Virus record (IMG/VR): IMGVR_UViG_3300042880_000321
Coordinates: 4,944 to 68,943 of that record
Reading direction: 5' to 3' (one strand)
Source of the DNA: a virus
Length of the DNA: 64,000 nt
A program made the translations under genes and the position numbers. Below the pieces are notes generated by a model. The model ran no database searches. It was not told where the DNA came from and saw nothing but the letters and a program-made list of their open reading frames with translations. Shown here one piece after another: positions 47,215 to 55,531 of the stretch (its first letter is position 1; every line of letters starts with the position of its first letter).

Positions 47215-47760
47215 TTACCCTCGCTCCGCAAATCGACGGATATCCGTCAGATACTTCTTCCACTTCGGATGCTCCAGATGGAATACCCGCATTCGCGGGC
47301 TACCATAGACTGCCAGCACCGTGAACCACTCGTAGACGAATTCCCTCGCCGTAGGCAAGAAGCTATGCTCCCTGCCTTTGGCTACCTGAAACAAGTATTC
47401 GGTATACCGAATCAATGCATCGGCGACGTATTCCGGATCGATATCGTTACCGGCTTCCGCTATCCGCTCGCTTACGTCTAAAGCCATCTGCGATACCGGC
47501 ACCTTCCTCGCCACCGGATCAAACTGCATTTCATGCAGTAGTTCCGAGAGGCGACTGACAACGGATTCCGACTTCATTTGGAACGGTTGCCGAGCTAGGT
47601 AATTCTGAAGCTGGATAGCTTCGTCGTAAGAAATCCGCCGCAGAACTTGCTTCCACGACTCAATTTTGGATTTACCACTTGTTAATTGAGTATACCTGGA
47701 ATGCAAGACTGCGGCGGGTGTGCCTGTTTGTTCTGTGTGTCTGAGTTGACCGAATGTCAT
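47215..47760 (-). CDS. hypothetical protein
   Basis: ATGA-coupled to the protease gene. Confidence 0.55.
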   Translation of the reverse strand: MTFGQLRHTEQTGTPAAVLHSRYTQLTSGKSKIESWKQVLRRISYDEAIQLQNYLARQPFQMKSESVVSRLSELLHEMQFDPVARKVPVSQMALDVSERIAEAGNDIDPEYVADALIRYTEYLFQVAKGREHSFLPTAREFVYEWFTVLAVYGSPRMRVFHLEHPKWKKYLTDIRRFAERG

Positions 47761-48425
47761 TTGTTTATCACCGATTCGAGCATTTGCTTTAGTCTGCTGC
47801 CGGCCCCGCACCTTGCTGGCCATGTGACGTTACGCTTGCCGTCTTCTGCTGGATACCAAGCACTTCCGCCTGAGATGATACCGACGATCTTATCGTCGAG
47901 TATCATCGCCCCGCCTGACATACCCGGCATAACAACAGCATCACTATAGACTTCATTGCTATGAACAAAGGAAACAATTCCGGAAGTTTTCCGAAGTTTT
48001 CCGGAAGCGAAGCCGATAAAAGAAGCGCGTACCGTAGAAGGGGCGTATTCTACGCCAATAGTCGATACGCCGTCTACCGGCGATAACGGCAGCACGGTGT
48101 ACTTATGCTTGCCTGTGGGGCTCTCTAGCAACGCTATATCGGCGTCGAAATCGACGTTGGTGACCTTAGCCTGCGGAATGTCGTCGGTCGCATCGTTACC
48201 TAGCTTGTAGGCATAACCGGCGTAGACGGTTTTGTCTTTTAGCTGTACAACATGCCACGCTGTTCCGTAGTAGGTTGTCTTGTCGTCTTGGTGAATGACG
48301 ACGGCGGTGCCTTGGGCACCGTCTGGGGTATAAATACGGAAGATGCCGTTCTTCGTAGGATCTATGGCGAATAGATCCGAAGTGATGAAAATCAGGACAA
48401 GGATTGACATAATTCGCGCAACCAC
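47757..48425 (-). CDS. trypsin-like serine protease with a signal peptide
   Basis: Catalytic triad motifs TAWHV, DIALL and PGMSGG. Confidence 0.85.
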   Translation of the reverse strand: MVARIMSILVLIFITSDLFAIDPTKNGIFRIYTPDGAQGTAVVIHQDDKTTYYGTAWHVVQLKDKTVYAGYAYKLGNDATDDIPQAKVTNVDFDADIALLESPTGKHKYTVLPLSPVDGVSTIGVEYAPSTVRASFIGFASGKLRKTSGIVSFVHSNEVYSDAVVMPGMSGGAMILDDKIVGIISGGSAWYPAEDGKRNVTWPARCGAGSRLKQMLESVINK

Positions 48426-48610
48426 TTTGGGATTCCTTTTTTGAAGATGTCGTTTCGCTGGGTCGTAATCGGCAGAGCGAGGCTAATGTCTTCCTTTATA
48501 GCACGTCGCATCAAGAAGGTCAAAAGTTCTTCTTCGGACCAATCGTTATCCTTGCACATCCGGCTAAAGGCAGCCTGGACAGGCTGAGGGATTTCGCGGA
48601 GGATTGTCAT
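48392..48610 (-). CDS. small protein, possible ribbon-helix-helix regulator
   Basis: Short beta strand followed by two helices. Confidence 0.45.
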   Translation of the reverse strand: MTILREIPQPVQAAFSRMCKDNDWSEEELLTFLMRRAIKEDISLALPITTQRNDIFKKGIPKWLRELCQSLS

Positions 48611-49950
48611 TTGTTTTCCTCTATCATTTGCTCTAACATTTTATGCAAAGGTAGGCTGTTTGTCTTGGTTCCGTTTATCACTTGATCGTGTATCCCTGCC
48701 TTAGCTTGGATTGTCTTGCAGAGTTTTTCCTCAATTGTGTTTTCGGTGAGTAGGAAGATTACATCGTTGTCCCTCGTCTGTCCAATACGATCCGTTCTGC
48801 CGGAAAGCTGTACAACTGCCCGGCTCGTCCAGGGGAGTTCTGCTACCGCAATCGTCTTAGCCGCCGTCAGTGTAATCCCAGCCGCCCCGGCGGCTATGTT
48901 GATTACTGCCAGACGTTTCTTAGGATCATTCTGAAAATTGTCTACGGCAATCGTCCTCTTGGCTGCCGGTACATCACCCTGGATGACTACTACCTCGTCC
49001 TCGTCGATAGCTCGACGTTTGACTACGTCAATCATCTGTGTGTGGGTACAAAAGACAATCAGCTTCTCGTTCGGGTTATCGGCAAAGAACTTCCGAATCC
49101 ACATCACCACGCCTCTTGCCTTAAGACGGGAAACCAGCATCAGGAGTTTCGTCAAAAGGGTCAGCTTGTCGATGCCTTTATTCTTGTAGAAATTAGCCCC
49201 GCGAACGGCACCAACATATTGACTATGCAACATGTCGTACTTTTCCTTGTGGTCTAGTTCGACGAAGTCGATCTTAACCTTCTGCTGTGGTAGGTTTAGG
49301 ATAGCCTTGTCTCGCTTGAGCATGAACGGTTTGATCCGTTCATGCAGCTCCTGGAGATTAGTAGCCCCTTGGTAAGACCAACCAAACCGGGGATCGTACT
49401 GCGGATCGCAGTACTCCCATAGATATTCTCTAGCAGAAGGAAATAGGTCAGGCCTAATCATGTGGAGGATGCTATAAAAACAGGATGGTCTATTAGCCAC
49501 CGGGGTTCCGCTCATCCCCATCACTCGTGGGCACCGTTTGGCGATAGCCATAGCAGCTTTCGTCCATCTGGTTTCGCGGTTAGCTAGTTTGTCGCATTCA
49601 TCGAAGATGATGAATGCGAAACTTTGTTCTACCAACCACTCTCGCTGTGCATCCAGGATATCGTAGTTTATGATGACGGCGTCGTGCTGTAGCTCTCCTT
49701 CGCAAAGCGTCTTACCGCGAATAATAACCGCCTTGCGGTTCAATTCAGATTCAAACTCCCGCTTCCATGCCCCTAGTACGCTAGGAGGGCATACAATGAG
49801 TATCGGCCATTTATCTAATTTTTCAGCATAGAGCACGCAACTGAGCGTTTTTCCCATGCCTACAGCGTCGGCTATTAGTATGCGGCCATCGTTAGCCACA
49901 GCAAAATCCACCGCTTCTAGTTGATGTGGTTTAGGGGTTTTTCGGGTCAT
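48607..49950 (-). CDS. SNF2-family helicase
   Basis: GMGKT, FDEC, SGTPVAN, GITLTAA and Q..GR.DRIGQ. Confidence 0.9.
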   Translation of the reverse strand: MTRKTPKPHQLEAVDFAVANDGRILIADAVGMGKTLSCVLYAEKLDKWPILIVCPPSVLGAWKREFESELNRKAVIIRGKTLCEGELQHDAVIINYDILDAQREWLVEQSFAFIIFDECDKLANRETRWTKAAMAIAKRCPRVMGMSGTPVANRPSCFYSILHMIRPDLFPSAREYLWEYCDPQYDPRFGWSYQGATNLQELHERIKPFMLKRDKAILNLPQQKVKIDFVELDHKEKYDMLHSQYVGAVRGANFYKNKGIDKLTLLTKLLMLVSRLKARGVVMWIRKFFADNPNEKLIVFCTHTQMIDVVKRRAIDEDEVVVIQGDVPAAKRTIAVDNFQNDPKKRLAVINIAAGAAGITLTAAKTIAVAELPWTSRAVVQLSGRTDRIGQTRDNDVIFLLTENTIEEKLCKTIQAKAGIHDQVINGTKTNSLPLHKMLEQMIEENK

Positions 49951-49951
49951 A

Positions 49952-50416
49952 TTAACTGATTACGACTTTTCTAACTCTTCGCCGTTCTGCGACCTTATCT
50001 ACGAGTCCATTAAGAATCTCGGTCACCGTTTTCTCGGGCAAGCCGGCTTTGTCGGCCAGTCCTTTGACCGTGGTAACCATACACCGGCTACCGACCCATG
50101 TATCTACGATAGCCTGCTCGTCGGCATCTAGTGGAATATTTACCGAAACATCTACCAATTCGCGGGATGCTGTCTTCCGCTTGCGTTGCTGGCGGTTCAT
50201 GTAGGAAAAGGCGCAAATCTTCGCAAATGCCATCGGCGACCCTCTGCTAGCATCGTATCTATCTTGATAAGTAAGCCAGTAAACACAAAAACCAGCGAAA
50301 TAATCAGAGTATTCTAGCTGCATTTTATGGAACGCGCGCCATTGCCTATGTAGAATAGAGTGCACGAATAACGCACAGCCGTTAAACTCTTTCGGATCGA
50401 TCTGAATGTCTTGCAT
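49952..50416 (-). CDS. sigma-factor-like protein (region 2 plus HTH, divergent)
   Basis: RYDASRGSPMAFA resembles sigma70 region 2.3; C-terminal LADKAGLPEKTV is HTH-like. Confidence 0.5.
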   Translation of the reverse strand: MQDIQIDPKEFNGCALFVHSILHRQWRAFHKMQLEYSDYFAGFCVYWLTYQDRYDASRGSPMAFAKICAFSYMNRQQRKRKTASRELVDVSVNIPLDADEQAIVDTWVGSRCMVTTVKGLADKAGLPEKTVTEILNGLVDKVAERRRVRKVVIS

Positions 50417-50466
50417 AGTAACTGGTGTCCTTCTGTTGGTGTTGGGTGTCGGAATGACGGTGCCTG

Positions 50467-50494
50467 ATTCTAGCCATCGGCCTAGCCGATGCAA
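50467..50494 (-). promoter_or_regulatory. promoter for the leftward replication arm with a palindromic spacer
   Basis: TTGCAT-16 bp-TAGAAT; CATCGGC-N3-GCCGATG at 50475-50491. Confidence 0.55.
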
Positions 50495-50524
50495 GGTGCC
50501 GGGCAACTAAAAAGGGGAAATAAT

Positions 50525-51199
50525 TTGGCGAGAATACTTGTTACTTCTTGTAGCCATGCGCCGTGTATGCTGCCGCAGTTTCCTAAATTTCTTGAAAAGG
50601 TGTACGCCAAATACAATTGCAACCGGTTTATTCATCTAGGTGATTTAGTAGATAATGCTGCTATTTCTTACCATGAGAAACATCCAGGGCTGTCTAGTGC
50701 CCCCGAAGAGTACAAGAAAGCAAAGAAACAGATCCAGGAGTTAGTCAAACGGTTCCCTAAAGCCGACTTGCTTTTGGGGAACCATGACGCTCTAGGCGAG
50801 AGGCAAGCGAAGACTATTGGGCTACTGCCCGAGTGGCTTCGAGATTTCAACGACATTTGGGGCTTACCTAAATCCTGGACAGTGCATCCTCGATTCCATG
50901 AGCTAGAAGTCGATGGAACGATTTTTATGCACGGAGATTCAGGTAAGGGAGGGCAGTTTGGTGCCATAAAGACGGCTATGGCTAAGTTCCAGAACGTGGT
51001 CGCCGGCCATTTGCACGGAGAAGCCGGGGCATGGTACTACGCCAACGGAAACGCTCGCGTTTTCGGTATGAACGCCGGTTGCGGAGTCGATCATAAAGCC
51101 TTGTCGCAGGAATACGGTCGCAAGTTCACCAAGAAGCCGATAGTCGGCTGTGGGGTGTTGTTGGACGGTCTGCCCTGCTTCATTCCGATGGAAATCTAG
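50525..51199 (+). CDS. calcineurin-like metallophosphoesterase
   Basis: GDLVD, GNHD, HGD and GHLH; the first motif reads CSH instead of DxH. Confidence 0.85.
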   Translation: MARILVTSCSHAPCMLPQFPKFLEKVYAKYNCNRFIHLGDLVDNAAISYHEKHPGLSSAPEEYKKAKKQIQELVKRFPKADLLLGNHDALGERQAKTIGLLPEWLRDFNDIWGLPKSWTVHPRFHELEVDGTIFMHGDSGKGGQFGAIKTAMAKFQNVVAGHLHGEAGAWYYANGNARVFGMNAGCGVDHKALSQEYGRKFTKKPIVGCGVLLDGLPCFIPMEI

Positions 51200-51496
51200 A
51201 TGCCGGATATCCACCCCAAACGCATAAAAATCAACGGTAAATACTGGACTTTGGTCAGTGCGGTGATACCCGGCTACGACGGGTTGGCGGAAAATAACCC
51301 TAAAACAACCAAAAAGCACATTTGGATCAATTCAAATACAAAAGGACTCGATCTTCTGGACACCATCATTCACGAATGCACCCATTGTGCCGTTCCCCGG
51401 TGGTCGGAGCCTGCGGTACTGGAGTTCGCAAGCGATCTAGCAAAAATACTGTGGGATCTCGGCTACCGTTCCACAGAACTGGGTGATGAGGACTGA
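51200..51496 (+). CDS. small HExxH zincin-like protein
   Basis: DTIIHECTH followed by a downstream Glu. Confidence 0.7.
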   Translation: MPDIHPKRIKINGKYWTLVSAVIPGYDGLAENNPKTTKKHIWINSNTKGLDLLDTIIHECTHCAVPRWSEPAVLEFASDLAKILWDLGYRSTELGDED

Positions 51497-51555
51497 TGAG
51501 GTATAATATACCTGTACCCGGCACCTTGATACTCTAACCGCCAGAAAGCCAGCTA

Positions 51556-52212
51556 ATGGCACGTAAACGACGATCTTCTGATCCAGTTGAGCAAGTTGAT
51601 GAGCATCCTGTCCACGTTTCTAAGAGGCTCCGGCTCAATGGCTCGCAGGAGCGAGCGTGTGAGGCGGTAAGGGAGTACCCGGTATCTTGCTTTATCGGAA
51701 ACGCAGGCCCCGGTAAGTCTTTTGTGGCCTTGTATATGGCCCGAGAACTACTACAGAACGGCGATGCCGTTAAAGTAGTGGTAGTCAGATCGCCCTTAGA
51801 AGTCTCTAGAGGTAAGTGTGGCTACATCCCAGGCGACCTTGCCGCCAAGATGGCACCTTGGGCCGCTAGTTCTTTCGCTATCGCGAAAGAACTTGGCATC
51901 GACAAGAACTTGGAGATATTCCCGCTGTCCTTTATTCAGGGAATGACGTTTACCGATACGGTAGTCATCGTAGAAGAGTGCCAGTCCTTGACTTTGCCTG
52001 AGTTCGAAGCAGTCGTTACACGACTAGGACTCGGATCTACGATGATCTTTACCGGCGACCCTCACCAAGATTTAGCCCGGAGCAACGGATTAGTTCCGTT
52101 TTTGGAGAGGATGGAAAACGTCCGAAGTGTGGCTATCGTCCGCTTCGATCCAAAAGACAACCAACGGCATCCGGTGGTAAGGGAAATTTGCGAAGCCTTG
52201 TGGAACGATTGA
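51556..52212 (+). CDS. phoH: PhoH-family ATPase
   Basis: GNAGPGKS, GYIPGD, QGMTF, EECQ, TRLG, TGD..Q.D and RHPVV. Confidence 0.9.
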   Translation: MARKRRSSDPVEQVDEHPVHVSKRLRLNGSQERACEAVREYPVSCFIGNAGPGKSFVALYMARELLQNGDAVKVVVVRSPLEVSRGKCGYIPGDLAAKMAPWAASSFAIAKELGIDKNLEIFPLSFIQGMTFTDTVVIVEECQSLTLPEFEAVVTRLGLGSTMIFTGDPHQDLARSNGLVPFLERMENVRSVAIVRFDPKDNQRHPVVREICEALWND

Positions 52213-52312
52213 TTCCGGTGTACAATTACGGATCTAAGCACTCTAGCGAAGATACCTTATACTTAGGTAAATTTGGTTCGATTAACTTTATTTGATTTAG
52301 GGTACGACAAAG

Positions 52313-52990
52313 ATGGGAATGATTACTGAATTGGATCTCCAAGACCAAGTTGTCATCGGCGGAGAAAAGATCGCTGTCCATAAGTGGCAGCTAAACAATC
52401 AGCATTTGCAGCAATTCTGCTACGTGCTGAGTCGATTGCAGATGGCAATCCTTGAGATGGACTCGAACAACAGCACCGGTCAAATGATCGGAGATGACTC
52501 GGAAGCGATCAACCAAGATTGGAAGCGAGCGAAGCTAGAATGGGACTTGGCCAAGAAGTATCGAAATTTAGCGCCAGCTTCGCAGGAAAAACTCTTGACC
52601 GTTTTGGCTATCACCGATAATGAGCAACTCCGCACAGTAAACGTCAAGTGTCGCCGTGTAATCACTGCCATTGCAACTTTGTTGCAAAAAGTTTTGTTTA
52701 GTGACTCCGCTAAATTGCAATACGGCATCGGAGATCGGGATATCAAGCGCTTCGAAGAGCACATGCTTTACGTCGAAGAATTGGTTGTCATCTACATTGG
52801 AGATGGTACCGACAAGAACACAGGCTTGAGCATCCCTGCTCACGAGCACCTCGGAATCGTGATTCCACCTATCAACCTGCACGAAGCGGTTGTTTCTGAG
52901 CCTTCGCCGGGAGCTGTAGGTACTCCAAGTCAAGATGCCGTGGATACACCGTCTACCGTCCCTGCTTCGGGTAGCAACACGAAGAAGTAA
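52313..52990 (+). CDS. hypothetical helical protein with an internal duplication
   Basis: Own putative promoter (TTGTGG-17-TACAAT at 52198-52226) and a downstream terminator. Confidence 0.7.
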   Translation: MGMITELDLQDQVVIGGEKIAVHKWQLNNQHLQQFCYVLSRLQMAILEMDSNNSTGQMIGDDSEAINQDWKRAKLEWDLAKKYRNLAPASQEKLLTVLAITDNEQLRTVNVKCRRVITAIATLLQKVLFSDSAKLQYGIGDRDIKRFEEHMLYVEELVVIYIGDGTDKNTGLSIPAHEHLGIVIPPINLHEAVVSEPSPGAVGTPSQDAVDTPSTVPASGSNTKK

Positions 52991-53027
52991 TGCGGGCTAG
53001 GCCTAGGGAATGGCAAGTGCCGTTCGG

Positions 53028-53053
53028 AAAGACCCGCGAAAGCGGGTCTTTTT
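53028..53053. terminator. intrinsic, probably bidirectional, terminator
   Basis: AAAGACCCGC GAAA GCGGGTCTTTTT between convergent genes. Confidence 0.85.
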
Positions 53054-53279
53054 ATTCGATCTCCGGTTCTTCCGCCACCGCGAGGATTCCTGAACAGAAT
53101 CCTCGCAACCATGCGGACGGCTCCGGAAATAGAAGCGGCCTGCCCGTTAGCTTGGCTATAGCGTTACACAAATGCGGCCATTCATCGCTGGTTCCGCTAA
53201 TACAGCCGCGTGCGGCTTGGTCTATCTGTAGCCAATCATGTGGCGTAAGGGAAGCTAGGCGTTCTTGTGGAGTGCTCAT
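53052..53279 (-). CDS. hypothetical protein
   Basis: Coupled ORF. Confidence 0.55.
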   Translation of the reverse strand: MSTPQERLASLTPHDWLQIDQAARGCISGTSDEWPHLCNAIAKLTGRPLLFPEPSAWLRGFCSGILAVAEEPEIE

Positions 53280-53737
53280 TCGCCGTTCTCTTGTTTTTTC
53301 CCATTGCGTCGTCTCCGACGACGATGCTGCTCGGTACTGATACCCTGAAGCATGGGAATAGTTGATGGTCGCATGGTACGGACCTCCCGTAACACGTCTT
53401 CATTACTGCCCGACAGCCACAGCAACGGCACGCCGTTGGGGCTAATCAGAATCCATTGCTGCGTCAGCTTGTTGATTTTTCTATGAAAAACCAACTCTAA
53501 GCCCGTCACCTTGGTTACCTCTTTGACCCATTGCGGTACTTCCGGCACCGGTGCCGGGGGATCAACCGGCTTCGGCCTTAGCCGAGGACGGTTCATCAAT
53601 ACCTGCTTCACAAGCCGGATATCGTAGCCAGTCATTTCGACCAACTTATCCCAGTTGCAATCATCGCCTAGCAGCCTAGCAGCGGCCATGATGGCTTGGA
53701 CGGCTTTGAGGTTAGGGCGAAGAAGGTTACGGGGCAT
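53276..53737 (-). CDS. hypothetical protein
   Basis: TAATG-coupled to the GT11 gene; Arg-rich tail. Confidence 0.55.
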   Translation of the reverse strand: MPRNLLRPNLKAVQAIMAAARLLGDDCNWDKLVEMTGYDIRLVKQVLMNRPRLRPKPVDPPAPVPEVPQWVKEVTKVTGLELVFHRKINKLTQQWILISPNGVPLLWLSGSNEDVLREVRTMRPSTIPMLQGISTEQHRRRRRRNGKKQENGE

Positions 53738-54531
53738 TAGATTCCTACCCATTCTGGGTACATAAGTTCCGGGGCGGACGAATGCCGTGTCCACTGGTTA
53801 GGGTAAATTACGTTGCTAGACTTGGAAAACCTAGCTCCCCACCAGCTAAAGGAACTGTTCGCTATGATGTGCGCATCGCACAAACTCATAAGGGCTAACG
53901 TGTCCATTGCGTCCATATCCACTACGTGAGTGTTATACGGCCCTCTGGGGATGTAGGCGTGAAGGTTGTCTCGGACGTATTCTACGTCCTCGGTAGCAAC
54001 AAACACAGAGGTAGGGGAATATTTAGCCATAACTTGCATAGCAAGTTGGTAATAATCTTCGCCAAGTACCCCATGATGGGCGAATGCATTCGGGTTGGTG
54101 ACGTAGTCGCCTCTTCTGATGTGCACCATCACCGAATAGCCGGGTTTGGATAGACCTGGCTGCCTTTCTAGGTGCATAATTCTGCGGTCGAGCAATCGGC
54201 TCAAAAACAAGTCAGCAATTTCATCGGTTACGATGTCTTTGTTCTGAAAATAGCCGTGAAGAATGTAATCGTCGGAGACGATTCCGTTACGGTCGATAGA
54301 GTTCCACTCCAAACGTGTTGCAGAGGCCGTAGCGGCCCCGCAGACAGCACCAAACGGTTCAAGGGCATAATCACGGGGTGTGATGCCCGGAGTGTTCTTG
54401 AGGGCTTCTAGCCACGTAGGATCGCAAATAACATTGTCGATGTTATTTTGCTTGGCAAAATTGAGGGCGGCGGCGTACTGGAAAAGAGTATTTCCCAGGC
54501 CGCCTATGATTAGTGGATAGACGGTACTCAT
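53737..54531 (-). CDS. alpha-1,2-fucosyltransferase-like protein (GT11)
   Basis: GGLGNTLFQYA, GYFQ, HIRRGDY and ANSSFSWWGA. Confidence 0.9.
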   Translation of the reverse strand: MSTVYPLIIGGLGNTLFQYAAALNFAKQNNIDNVICDPTWLEALKNTPGITPRDYALEPFGAVCGAATASATRLEWNSIDRNGIVSDDYILHGYFQNKDIVTDEIADLFLSRLLDRRIMHLERQPGLSKPGYSVMVHIRRGDYVTNPNAFAHHGVLGEDYYQLAMQVMAKYSPTSVFVATEDVEYVRDNLHAYIPRGPYNTHVVDMDAMDTLALMSLCDAHIIANSSFSWWGARFSKSSNVIYPNQWTRHSSAPELMYPEWVGI

Positions 54532-54683
54532 TTTCGTATCGGCTTTCTGACGGGTAACAAAATAGCCGTCTCAGTGGACCATCCTTTACTTAATCGGTAT
54601 GATAACAAACGCGCAGGGATGCCTTTTTCTTTAGCCCAATCTGCTAAGATCCCGGCGGCTAAATTACCTAAATTTTCTTTCAT
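54528..54683 (-). CDS. stand-alone HTH resembling the C-terminus of the HNH protein (51 aa, not in the ORF track)
   Basis: LADWAKEKGIPARLLSYRLSKGWSTETAILLPVRK; ATGA-coupled on both sides. Confidence 0.6.
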   Translation of the reverse strand: MKENLGNLAAGILADWAKEKGIPARLLSYRLSKGWSTETAILLPVRKPIRK

Positions 54684-54880
54684 TTTTTCACCGGCTTCCT
54701 CTGTTTCCCCGCCCCCGAGCGGAAACCGCTCATGGCGACCTTGCCTTTGACGACGGCGTCATCGAACTCAGTTTGCCGTCCTTCTTTCTTGATTTTAGCA
54801 ATCAGGTTGCATTCCTTGCAAGTGCGCTTGTAGTCTAGTTCGGCACGAACGCCGCATTCGCGGCAACGGGGTATGTTCAC
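54680..54880 (-). CDS. small zinc-finger protein
   Basis: CREC...CKEC. Confidence 0.55.
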   Translation of the reverse strand: MNIPRCRECGVRAELDYKRTCKECNLIAKIKKEGRQTEFDDAVVKGKVAMSGFRSGAGKQRKPVKK

Positions 54881-55062
54881 ACTCGCACCTTTTTGATAAT
54901 TGGGTAATCGAACAGGCTTTTGTGGTCATTCCATCGATTAACGTCACCGTTAACATTCAGATAGTATTCGCCTGTCCGTATTTTTCGGTATTCCCCGGTG
55001 TACTCATACCCTGCCGGTAGCTCCGGTAGCTCCATATTCACAATAATTTTTTTAGCACTCAT
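54877..55062 (-). CDS. hypothetical protein
   Basis: PAGYEYTGEYR..GEYYL phage motif. Confidence 0.55.
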   Translation of the reverse strand: MSAKKIIVNMELPELPAGYEYTGEYRKIRTGEYYLNVNGDVNRWNDHKSLFDYPIIKKVRV

Positions 55063-55151
55063 AGTTTTTCCTTGCATTCGGCGTATAGGAATAGGCCGAT
55101 AAAAGTCATCACGATAAAAAAGAAAACGGTGTAAAGGATGTCGTAGATCAA
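55059..55151 (-). CDS. 30-aa membrane peptide (not in the ORF track)
   Basis: RBS then TTG start: MIYDILYTVFFFIVMTFIGLFLYAECKEKL; ATGA-coupled. Confidence 0.45.
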   Translation of the reverse strand: MIYDILYTVFFFIVMTFIGLFLYAECKEKL

Positions 55152-55169
55152 GTTAATCCTCTTCCTGTG

Positions 55170-55409
55170 TTAGTAATTAAACCAAGGATGATCTCCATCC
55201 TCGTCACAATCATTGCAGATACCTAAAGTTACGCCGTCTCCGGCATAGCCGGATTTATCAGAAGGTGCCCCGCAATACATGCACACATCGCTGGCATCCA
55301 CATCTGGATCAGGGTCGCATGCGTCGCAGAAAAACTTCTTCACGTTGTTTGGCTCACATAGCCAGCCCCTAGCCTTATTTCCGCAAGGGCAGAGATCGTC
55401 ATTGCTCAT
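55170..55409 (-). CDS. small acidic double zinc-finger protein
   Basis: CPC, CDAC, CMYC and CNDC; TATAGT -10 element upstream near 55455-55460. Confidence 0.55.
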   Translation of the reverse strand: MSNDDLCPCGNKARGWLCEPNNVKKFFCDACDPDPDVDASDVCMYCGAPSDKSGYAGDGVTLGICNDCDEDGDHPWFNY

Positions 55410-55468
55410 AGTACATTCCTGGAATACGGTAAAAGGGTTTCTCCTCGCCTACCACTATAGCTATTTCC

Positions 55469-55531
55469 TAATGAATAAAGGGTGGAATTCATTAAAAAAT
55501 TTGTAACAAATAAAGGGTGGTATTTGTTACA
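55469..55531. repeat. two tandem hairpins with the same loop
   Basis: TAATGAAT-AAAGGGTGGA-ATTCATTA and TGTAACAAAT-AAAGGGTGGT-ATTTGTTACA. Confidence 0.85.
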
